DNA of 22,910 nucleotides, taken from Candidatus Heimdallarchaeota archaeon (GTDB lineage Archaea; Asgardarchaeota; Heimdallarchaeia; Hodarchaeales; Hodarchaeaceae). Below are positions 8,475-16,501 of this stretch, in pieces. The stretch is taken from positions 1-22,910 of the forward strand of contig JBHLSH010000066.1 of the NCBI GenBank assembly GCA_048881705.1, given 5' to 3'. A model generated the notes under the pieces. That model was not told the DNA's origin and did not search any database. It saw only the letters and a list, made by a program, of their open reading frames with translations. The first letter of the stretch is position 1; each line of letters starts with the position of its first letter. The position numbers were made by a program, and so were the translations under genes.

Positions 8475-9563
8475 ATGGTGCAGAATATGGAAGCTATCAT
8501 GAAAACAAAGCCCGAAAAGGGATTCGAAATCCAGGAAATTCCAGAACCAGAAATTTCTCGGGGTAACGAGGTCAAGATCAAGACTAATGTAACTTCAATT
8601 TGTGGAACTGATCACCACATGTGGGTATACGATGCCTGGGCCCAGAAAAGGCTACCTCCCGCTATCCCATTCGTTGCCGGGCATGAAGTAGGTGGAACTG
8701 TAGTGGAAATTGGCCCTGATGTTCGAAATATTGAAGTCGGTGATATGGTCTCATTGGAGTGCCATGATGCCTGTACAACATGCTACCAGTGTCGTAGTGA
8801 CAGAATGCATATATGTAGAAACACCGCGATCTTTGGCGTCGATAAGGATGGGATTTTCGCGGAATATGCGGTCATACCCGAATTAAATGTGTGGAAAAAT
8901 GATAAGAATCTTGATCCAGCGCTAGCAAGTCTCCAAGATCCTCTTGGGAATGCGGTCCATACCATTTTCCCAAAAGGAAATGTAGAGGATGATGGAGTGG
9001 GAGGCAAAAATGTGTTGATAACGGGATGTGGCCCAATAGGTCTGATGGCGATTCCTGTGGTGAAAAAACTGGGTGCTGCTCAGATATTTGCCACCGCGGG
9101 AGGTAATAATACGCTACGCTTAAACATGGCAAAGGAAATGGGTGCTGATATGGTATTGAATGCCCGGGAAGAAGGAAATAACATTCCAAAGATTATTCGT
9201 GATGCTACTGATGGCAATGGCGTTGATGTAATGCTGGAAATGGCCGGTAATATCCATGCCCTTAAGCACGGTCTCGAAGCCTTGACATATGGAGGACGTG
9301 TATCACTTCTTGGATTCTTCTCTGGCCCGATCACATTAGATATTAACACTCTAATGATCTCCAAAGGTGCCACTGTATATGGAATTGCGGGTCGTAGGAT
9401 GTTTCAAACATGGCAAGTTATGAGAGGTCTATTGAGGGATAAAAACCTCCAAGGAAAACTTAGAAAACTTATAACCCACCGAGTCCCCATGAGTGAATGG
9501 GAAAAAGGAATGCTGGAGATTCACGAAAAAAGAGCTATAAAGGTAACAATGGATCCTTTCTGA
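8475..9563 (+). CDS. tdh: L-threonine 3-dehydrogenase-like Zn-dependent medium-chain dehydrogenase
   Basis: SICGTDHH, GHEVGG, structural Zn CTTCYQC-x7-C, QDPLGNAVHT, ITGCGPIG, GIAGRRMFQTW (Tdh-typical GxxGRxMFxTW). Confidence 0.85.
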   Translation: MVQNMEAIMKTKPEKGFEIQEIPEPEISRGNEVKIKTNVTSICGTDHHMWVYDAWAQKRLPPAIPFVAGHEVGGTVVEIGPDVRNIEVGDMVSLECHDACTTCYQCRSDRMHICRNTAIFGVDKDGIFAEYAVIPELNVWKNDKNLDPALASLQDPLGNAVHTIFPKGNVEDDGVGGKNVLITGCGPIGLMAIPVVKKLGAAQIFATAGGNNTLRLNMAKEMGADMVLNAREEGNNIPKIIRDATDGNGVDVMLEMAGNIHALKHGLEALTYGGRVSLLGFFSGPITLDINTLMISKGATVYGIAGRRMFQTWQVMRGLLRDKNLQGKLRKLITHRVPMSEWEKGMLEIHEKRAIKVTMDPF

Positions 9564-9651
9564 CTGATTCAATTATCGGGTTCAGCTCGAAAGGTCCGGG
9601 ATTCTATAAAAAATCTAAAATAACGTCTTCCTGGATTCTTTGCCCGCTAGG

Positions 9652-10605
9652 TTAAAGCACTTCAGGAAGGATTTCATTGTTAAACTGGACGAGATACTGC
9701 AGTTCTTCCTTCATAGGAAACATAAGGATGAAATGTGATACCCCGAGTTCTTTATAAGCAACAAGTTTTTCAATTATCATATCCTTGGTTCCGACAAGAG
9801 CGCCTTTAACCCGATCCCTATATTGCTCGTAGGTCAAGTTCCTTTTTGAAGCTTCCTCTCGCATTTTCTTTTCCATCTCATCTTTATTCTTAAAGTATCG
9901 AACCCACGATCCCACCGAGCGGAGAACGTGACTAGGAGGACGTCCAAATTCGGAGCAGTACTTATCTAATTGGTTAAATAGTTCAACACATTTTTGGGGA
10001 CCAAACGACCATGCAACATTGATTCCATCCCCATATCTTGCTGTTATTCGTAACATTCGTCTTCCGCCAGTCATTGTTCCAATCCATAGCCTTGGATGGG
10101 GTTTTTGAAAGGGCTTAGGCGAACAGATGGCTTCTTGTAGTGTATAGTACTTGCCAGAAAATGTAGCTTTGTCTTCTTGCCATAAGGTCTTTAAAATTTG
10201 GATGGCTTCTTCAAATTGACCTAATCGAACGCTTGCTGAGGGAAAGGGAATTCCATAGGCATTGTACTCGATTTCCTTCCATCCAGCTCCGTAACCTAGT
10301 TCCAATCTTCCACCAGAAAAGTGATCTAACGATGTTACCATTTTTGCCAATATTCCAGGTTGCCTGTAGCTATTACACAACACCAGTGATCCTACACGTA
10401 GCTTCGAGTATTTGCTTACTAAATAAGTCATGAGCGTAAAACAATCAAAAGCACTCCTTTCCACGGAATTATTATCAAGAAACATGTGATCCGAGACCCA
10501 AATGGTATCGAATCGTGTTTCCTCAAGTTTCTCAGCTATAGAATCTATTTCAGTAGTAGTATATCCGAATTGGGGTTCTAGCTGCAGACCAAAAGAAAGT
10601 TCCAT
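9652..10605 (-). CDS. LLM-class (probably F420-dependent) oxidoreductase; start placed at ATG 10605 rather than TTG 10638
   Basis: FDTIWVSDH, CNSYRQPGILAKMVTSLDHFSGGRLELGYGAGW, PFQKPHPRLWIG. Confidence 0.88.
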   Translation of the reverse strand: MELSFGLQLEPQFGYTTTEIDSIAEKLEETRFDTIWVSDHMFLDNNSVERSAFDCFTLMTYLVSKYSKLRVGSLVLCNSYRQPGILAKMVTSLDHFSGGRLELGYGAGWKEIEYNAYGIPFPSASVRLGQFEEAIQILKTLWQEDKATFSGKYYTLQEAICSPKPFQKPHPRLWIGTMTGGRRMLRITARYGDGINVAWSFGPQKCVELFNQLDKYCSEFGRPPSHVLRSVGSWVRYFKNKDEMEKKMREEASKRNLTYEQYRDRVKGALVGTKDMIIEKLVAYKELGVSHFILMFPMKEELQYLVQFNNEILPEVL

Positions 10606-10748
10606 AATATGTAAACCTCTTGACAGGTCAAAAAGCAAGGCTTTGTAAATTTACTCGTAACAATTGGCTAAGACAATCACGGTATTTCGAGGATCTATGC
10701 TATGGATTCAATAAATAAGGACGACTCCATCCCTTTGGTGGGCCAAAA

Positions 10749-11861
10749 CTAATCAAGAGCATATTCCGTTGTAATTGAGAGCCAGAATGGAATTGTAAAC
10801 GCTGCTAAAAAGAACATCGTATGAAAGAGGACGTAATCGGGGAGCCTGAACTGAGTTATTGCCTTTATAAGCGTACTGATAATATATTGGCTGAATACAA
10901 GACCAAAAGCGATTAAATTAAAACCTACCACCCCTTTTCCAATATTAGGGGCAGAAGGTGTTCTCAGGGTTTTTAACCAGTCAGTAGCTAATTGGGACCT
11001 AGATATGCTGATTGTAACGATGAAATAAATGACTGTTAACGTTCCAGTTATGAGTGCGATGAGAGTGATTGCTTCGTGGATAGATGCGAGGAATTCGATA
11101 TTCAATTCTGATCCTAGGATGTCTGTCAATTTATAAAAATCGTAAACGACGGCATATAAGAAGCAATAAAGCATATTTCTAGTAAATACGTAAATAAAGC
11201 CTGTCAGAACGGCATAAATGAAAGTAGAACCCAACCAGAAAATATTACTCAGTAAATTAGGACTAGTCAAATAATATGGCAAATCGAGAAGTATAAAACC
11301 AATACTCGAAATGATTACTGCATGAGAAGGCCCCAATCCGCGATCCTCTAAGGCTGGAATCGCGGTTCGCCGATAAAGCAGTTCGCTGAAGATATGTATT
11401 GTTATTCTTCCAATCAAGAATAGGTATACGTACATTGGATTAAAGAGGAGGAGCCGATACGATCCTAGATACCAAGGTATCAATGGTTCTATTGATGCTC
11501 CTAGCAAGTCTGTGAGAGCATTAGTATAGCTTATCCGTATGGTCATTGCCACGCAAAATAGTATAAGAACCAGGATCAGGTTCCTTTTTGTGAGCGGCCT
11601 ATATTCTGCATCTATAACTTTTAAACGCGGAATAAAAACAAAATAAACTATTAAACTAACTAAAACACTCGATATAATAGGGAGTAGAAGGAATAGCAAG
11701 TTAAAATCAAAGCAGATCCTTGCTTGGTTAACCGCCCAAGGAAGTAATGATAACGGCCAATCTATAAGATTGATAAGGAAGTAGCCCGAGGCTATAATGA
11801 TTGCGGGAGTGAAGAAATTTAAATAACTATCCTCTATCTCTACTATTGAGAATTTCTTCAT
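10749..11861 (-). CDS. Polytopic membrane protein, CPBP/Abi (CAAX-protease-like) fold with degenerate catalytic motifs
   Basis: Many hydrophobic helices. SELLYRR...AVIISSIGFILLDLPY...GFIYVFTRN matches the layout EExxxR...FxxxH...YxxTxS of CPBP proteins. Confidence 0.6.
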   Translation of the reverse strand: MKKFSIVEIEDSYLNFFTPAIIIASGYFLINLIDWPLSLLPWAVNQARICFDFNLLFLLLPIISSVLVSLIVYFVFIPRLKVIDAEYRPLTKRNLILVLILFCVAMTIRISYTNALTDLLGASIEPLIPWYLGSYRLLLFNPMYVYLFLIGRITIHIFSELLYRRTAIPALEDRGLGPSHAVIISSIGFILLDLPYYLTSPNLLSNIFWLGSTFIYAVLTGFIYVFTRNMLYCFLYAVVYDFYKLTDILGSELNIEFLASIHEAITLIALITGTLTVIYFIVTISISRSQLATDWLKTLRTPSAPNIGKGVVGFNLIAFGLVFSQYIISTLIKAITQFRLPDYVLFHTMFFLAAFTIPFWLSITTEYALD

Positions 11862-11910
11862 CTAAAACACAAAAATGGGCTTTGATAATTTGTCGAAGTT
11901 TTTCCGTACA

Positions 11911-12438
11911 TTATTTCTTAAAATTTTTTTCCTTCCACCGTAAAATATCAAGTATAGGCATTTTAATAGTTGTGTTGAGATTTGTAAAAGGAGCTGTTTC
12001 AGTTCCTATCTCAGTAGGCCGATTCAATTCCATTATGAATGTAGATGACTCTTCTTTAAAATCGTCCCGATCGGATTGGTTTTCCAGGTAATCAATCCAC
12101 CATTCCGTAAGTTTAGAAATAACTAGGCTTTTTATCTTTACAAGATCTATCGTATGTTCCTCATTTCCCTTGGATAAATCAGGTCCTCTTAGCGAATAGA
12201 ATCTAGTTTTAAGTTGCCTTCTGGCGTCTTTTTTATCTTCTCGATAGCCTACAAGTTCGCTCTCTTCCAATTTTCTTATATGATGGTGTATTGTGGTTTT
12301 TCCTTTATGCAGATGCTCGCTAAGTTGTTTTAAGGTTAACTCTCCATAAACCATCAGATAAACGTAGATGGAAATACGGGTCTCATCCTCCAAAACCTGA
12401 ATCTTTACCTGAGTAAGAGGATTAGACGCAGAATTCAT
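11911..12438 (-). CDS. ArsR/SmtB-like winged-helix transcriptional regulator with C-terminal extension
   Basis: LEDETRISIYVYL...ELTLKQLSEHLHKGKTTIHHHIRKLEESELV...RFYSL. Confidence 0.85.
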   Translation of the reverse strand: MNSASNPLTQVKIQVLEDETRISIYVYLMVYGELTLKQLSEHLHKGKTTIHHHIRKLEESELVGYREDKKDARRQLKTRFYSLRGPDLSKGNEEHTIDLVKIKSLVISKLTEWWIDYLENQSDRDDFKEESSTFIMELNRPTEIGTETAPFTNLNTTIKMPILDILRWKEKNFKK

Positions 12439-12622
12439 CTATGCTACCTTATTTTTCTGGTGTGTTTTATCAACTCTACTTAATCTTTTCCTTGTCTTAT
12501 TTTCATTTTTTTGATATAAAAGCGAGCATGAGGTTATCTAAAGAGAAAAAATACAGGTTTAATATTCAATCGTAGGATTGCACGAACGGTTATTCTTATA
12601 AGTCATCATATATACTATAACC

Positions 12623-12650
12623 TTATAAAATCATTGGATAAAATGATTTT
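12623..12650 (+). promoter_or_regulatory. TATA-box-like TTATAAAA (12623..12630) overlapping a perfect 9-6-9 inverted repeat (candidate operator)
   Basis: AAAATCATT (12627..12635) ggataa AATGATTTT (12642..12650), about 33 nt upstream of the wHTH gene. Confidence 0.55.
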
Positions 12651-12682
12651 CATTTTGGCACTTACCAATACGAAAAGAGTTC

Positions 12683-12988
12683 TTGATAACGATGTATGCC
12701 CCAAATCATGAGATATTACGGAATTTACCTCCATCGGCTCGATTAGTATACGAGAAATTACAAGAAAAGGAATTCAAAAACTCGAGGCAACTTATAACCG
12801 AAACCAGCTATTCTCCCAGGACGATACGGTATGCGCTTAATCAATTACTCAATGTCCACCTCATAAGAAGAATCCATGATGTTAGAGACGCGCGTCGGTG
12901 TTATTACGCTGTTATAAGGGATACTGCTTCCTACCTATCCCGCGAGGGAAATGGGAGGACCGCCCCTAAAGCCTTTCACAATCCCTGA
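12683..12988 (+). CDS. Small archaeal winged-helix (MarR/TrmB-like) DNA-binding protein; start may be ATG 12692
   Basis: LPPSARLVYEKL...SRQLITETSYSPRTIRYALNQLLNVHLIRR...DARRCYY. Confidence 0.8.
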   Translation: MITMYAPNHEILRNLPPSARLVYEKLQEKEFKNSRQLITETSYSPRTIRYALNQLLNVHLIRRIHDVRDARRCYYAVIRDTASYLSREGNGRTAPKAFHNP

Positions 12989-13087
12989 AGTTACCTAGAT
13001 GTGTGGGAATGACAATCTTATTACTCTTCTGAAATATTTTACCATTTATCTCTCGTAGAGTAAACTTTGATACTGGTTGTGAGCTAA

Positions 13088-14200
13088 CTGGTCCGGAGTA
13101 GATTTTTTTTTGCCTTGGTTTATGCAACGATTCTCTCCCTAAATTTACTCATGATTTTTGCAACTTTGCAGGACAATATGGATCTCGTGTTTAATCTTGA
13201 AGAAATCGGTCAAATTGATACCCCTGGAATGGCGAGGGATGTCGTTGTAAAAGGGGACGCCGCATTTGTCGCAGCTATGAGTATAACGTCATCCATTAAT
13301 GGAGGTTTGTTCATTTTCAATATAAGTGATCCCTCCAGACCCCAGCTATTAGGACATTTTTTCGATGAGGGAAGTTCACATCGTCTTTTGGTTGAGGATG
13401 ACATCGTGTTTGTTGCCGACAATTTTGGTGGTCTGGAAGTATTCAATGTAAGCAACCTAACAAATCCTGTCAAAATTATCGAAGTCAGCGGAACCATCAA
13501 TGGCTTTTATAAGAAAGAACGTTTTTTATATGCAGCGGATTACAGTGAAGGTCTGTTAATCTTTGATATAACCAATCTAACCAAACCGATGGAAATAACA
13601 CGGTACACGGATTTCGATCATGCTTTGATGCATCTAATTAGAAATAACCTTGCTTATGTATCTGATGATTCTGGTCTTAAAATTTTGGATATATCCAATC
13701 TATCAAATATAACTGAGCTAGTAAGTTATTCTTATGACTATTATGTTTATGATTTGCAATTCGCGGGGGAAATTGCCTATACGGCCTGCGCTCGCTCAAT
13801 TTTTGAAGCCGGGGAGGGAATAAAGATATGGAATGCATCTGATCCCCTGAATTTTGCTTTGATGGGTAGTTTTTTTGATGGAGGGATGGCTTTCGATCTG
13901 CAGATCCTGAACAATTATGCTCTTGTCGCGGATTTTAATGATGGAGTGGAAATAATAGATGTTAGCAATCCTTATAATCCCATTAAAGTCACCAATTACT
14001 ATGACGGGGGAAATGCCACGCAATTGTATGTTGTGGATGATTTAATTTATGTTGCAGATGGTTTTGATGGGCTTGAGATCATAAGAATGATTCCCTCGGA
14101 TGAATGGACCACATCGAGTATAGGAACGCCCAGTTTTGGGCTTTTTTTGGCAGTAGTTGGAATGCTAGGTCTTCTACAATTGAAAAGAAGATTTGATTAA
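13088..14200 (+). CDS. Secreted LVIVD-repeat beta-propeller protein 1 with C-terminal PGF-CTERM-like anchor (start CTG 13088 or TTG 13115)
   Basis: Repeats such as ALVADFNDGVEIIDVSNPYNP. Hydrophobic N-terminus. Tail TTSSIGTPSFG-hydrophobic-KRR. Confidence 0.85.
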   Translation: MVRSRFFFALVYATILSLNLLMIFATLQDNMDLVFNLEEIGQIDTPGMARDVVVKGDAAFVAAMSITSSINGGLFIFNISDPSRPQLLGHFFDEGSSHRLLVEDDIVFVADNFGGLEVFNVSNLTNPVKIIEVSGTINGFYKKERFLYAADYSEGLLIFDITNLTKPMEITRYTDFDHALMHLIRNNLAYVSDDSGLKILDISNLSNITELVSYSYDYYVYDLQFAGEIAYTACARSIFEAGEGIKIWNASDPLNFALMGSFFDGGMAFDLQILNNYALVADFNDGVEIIDVSNPYNPIKVTNYYDGGNATQLYVVDDLIYVADGFDGLEIIRMIPSDEWTTSSIGTPSFGLFLAVVGMLGLLQLKRRFD

Positions 14201-14221
14201 ACCATGAGAGGACACTCAGGT

Positions 14222-15304
14222 ATGAAACGCGGTTTATATAGAATTACCACAGTCTTAGTGGTTTTTACTCTCCTTTTTTCTTTTTTAGGCAACGTTGTGG
14301 TAGGATCGGATGGAAACGGATACCTTGAGGAAGTAGCACAGATTGATACTGGGGGATGGGCACTCGACGTATGGGTTGAAGCTGGCTTCGCATATCTAAC
14401 AGATTTAGAGGCGGGATTTCGAATATATGATGTCACTAATCCTTCTAGCCCAGAAGAACTCGCCCACATGTTTTCTTCAGGTGGAGCCCATCAAATGTTT
14501 CTTGATACAATTAATGATCTTGTTTATCTTGGGAACCATGTTCACGGCTTGGAAATCATTAACGTGAGTGACCCCAACAATCCAAAAGAGATTGGGCATA
14601 CATACAATGAGGGGGGGTATGTAACCGATGCCTACCTGGTAGATAATCTTCTGTATATCATCGAACACGGATTAACGGTTCTGGATGTAAGCGACCCTGG
14701 TAATCCAGTGAGATTAGGACATTTTTCTGGTGATGATTATATGAGTGACATAAAAGTGGTTGGAAATTATGGCTATTTGTCGCATGGGCAGTTTGGGCTA
14801 GATATACTTGATATTTCTGACCCAACAAACATAACCAAAGTGGGTACATATGTCGATGAAGGTATTGCAAATAATGCTGAGGTCATCGGGAATCTACTAT
14901 TTTTAGCTGATTGGGATGCTGGTTTAAAGATATTAAATATTTCGGATCGTAATTTTCCTGCCAAAATTGGGGAGTCCGAGAGCATTACTGATTATGCCGG
15001 AGATCTGACTATTTTTGGTGATCTGGCGTTTGTGGGAGGATGGGTGGATGGTTTATACGTATATAACATTAGTAATCCAATGCGGCCAGTTCTGAAAACT
15101 AGTTATCATGACGGAGGTAAAGCAACTGGAGTTTATGTTCAGGATGACCTGGTATATGTCGCAGATACCACGGAAGGTCTTGAAATCCTTAAGATAAGAT
15201 CCGGTACAACAGAAACCTCGACATCACTAGAATTTATGCTTCCATTTGCTTTATGTGTCGGTTTGGTTTGCGTGCATCGGAAAATTGGGAAAAAAGGGGT
15301 TTAA
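14222..15304 (+). CDS. Secreted LVIVD-repeat beta-propeller protein 2 with C-terminal TM anchor (alternative start ATG 14204)
   Basis: Signal peptide MKRGLYRITTVLVVFTLLFSFLG. Repeats GLDILDISDPTN, AYLTDLEAGFRIYDVTNPSSP. Tail TTETSTSLEF-hydrophobic-RKIGKK. Confidence 0.87.
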   Translation: MKRGLYRITTVLVVFTLLFSFLGNVVVGSDGNGYLEEVAQIDTGGWALDVWVEAGFAYLTDLEAGFRIYDVTNPSSPEELAHMFSSGGAHQMFLDTINDLVYLGNHVHGLEIINVSDPNNPKEIGHTYNEGGYVTDAYLVDNLLYIIEHGLTVLDVSDPGNPVRLGHFSGDDYMSDIKVVGNYGYLSHGQFGLDILDISDPTNITKVGTYVDEGIANNAEVIGNLLFLADWDAGLKILNISDRNFPAKIGESESITDYAGDLTIFGDLAFVGGWVDGLYVYNISNPMRPVLKTSYHDGGKATGVYVQDDLVYVADTTEGLEILKIRSGTTETSTSLEFMLPFALCVGLVCVHRKIGKKGV

Positions 15305-15305
15305 A

Positions 15306-16433
15306 GTGAAACATAACAGCCATTTGATCCTTTTATGTCTTCTGATTATATCATTGAGTCCATTCACGGCGTTTCGGGGTCAAAACAGTGATCGAGAATT
15401 GGTTCTTTCAAAAATCGGAGAGCTTCCGACAGGCGGGGACGCCTATGATGTTTGGATAGATGAAGATAGGGAACTAGCGGTTCTAACTTGTGGTTATTAC
15501 GGAGTAAGGATTGTGAACGTAAGTGATCCCTCCAATCCAATCGAATTATCCCATATACCTGAACCACCAGCCGTGATTGAAACAGGTCATACCACAGGTT
15601 ACGCCCATCAATTCTACCTCGATCAGAAAATGGCATATGTTGGGGATGGAGCTGCTGGATTGACGGTAATAGACACTACAGATCCTAGGAACCCAAGTAT
15701 TATTTCCCATTATTCAGGCGGGTATGCATGGGATATCGAGGTTCAACAAGCGGTTGCTTTCGTTTCAAGCGGGTTCCTCGGTAATGGAGCAGGCCTTTTG
15801 ATACTTGATTTTTCAAATCCAACATCTCCAATATTGATGGCAAACTATAGCACAGAAGGTGACATTACCTCTGTTGAGGTAAAAGGAGATCTTGCGTTCC
15901 TCGCTGATTATGACAAGGGACTTGTTGTTCTAGACGTAAGTAACGCCTCCAACCCAGTATTGAAAGAAGAGTTCCCTGGGCCTCAAAATAGTGGAGTAAG
16001 TTACGTGGAAGTTGCGGATAACCTATTGTATTCAACTAGCTGGACTAGTGGACTGAGAATCTGGAATATCACCGTACCTTCTGAGATTTCAATCGTGGCC
16101 GATTATTCCAAGTTTGAGTCGTATTTCTCAGTTAGGGTTTTTGATGATTATGCGTTTCTAGGGGGAATGAATGACGGTTTAATAGTTTTGAATGTTAGTG
16201 ATCCCGTAAATCCTGTTGAAATCGGACGTTACTCCGAAGGGGGCAGAGTTAACAGCGCCTATGCTGTGAATAACCTGATTTATGTTGCAGATCAGGATAG
16301 CGGATTGTTAATCTTAAAAATTCAGTCTTCTATTGATACAACTTCCGCTGCCCAGACCTCTTTTGGATCTGAGATCATTGTTATAGGTCTGTTTTTATTC
16401 CTTGGATTCAAGAGGAAACGAAAAGGACAATAA
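15306..16433 (+). CDS. Secreted LVIVD-repeat beta-propeller protein 3 with C-terminal anchor (start placed at GTG 15306)
   Basis: GTG directly after the upstream TAA gives signal peptide MKHNSHLILLCLLIISLSPF. Repeats AFLADYDKGLVVLDVSNASNP. Tail TTSAAQTSFG-hydrophobic-KRKRK. Confidence 0.87.
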   Translation: MKHNSHLILLCLLIISLSPFTAFRGQNSDRELVLSKIGELPTGGDAYDVWIDEDRELAVLTCGYYGVRIVNVSDPSNPIELSHIPEPPAVIETGHTTGYAHQFYLDQKMAYVGDGAAGLTVIDTTDPRNPSIISHYSGGYAWDIEVQQAVAFVSSGFLGNGAGLLILDFSNPTSPILMANYSTEGDITSVEVKGDLAFLADYDKGLVVLDVSNASNPVLKEEFPGPQNSGVSYVEVADNLLYSTSWTSGLRIWNITVPSEISIVADYSKFESYFSVRVFDDYAFLGGMNDGLIVLNVSDPVNPVEIGRYSEGGRVNSAYAVNNLIYVADQDSGLLILKIQSSIDTTSAAQTSFGSEIIVIGLFLFLGFKRKRKGQ

Positions 16434-16501
16434 ATCGAATCAATCGCCAATTGCTCTCGGTACTACTTAAGCTTCGTTATTCCTACGCCCGACATTGGAT
16501 T

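Noticed and set aside
341-9373. Short antisense or alternate-frame ORFs overlapping the metabolic genes (e.g. 6883..7359, 4095..4460, 8872..9189, 9080..9373)
   Set aside because: They are shadows of well-supported genes, with no motifs and compositions typical of antisense translation.
14045-16292. Identical 15-mer ATTTATGTTGCAGAT at 14045 and 16278 and other short repeats in the LVIVD region
   Set aside because: These encode the conserved IYVAD blade motif of paralogous genes; there is no regular repeat-spacer period, so not CRISPR or a mobile-element end.
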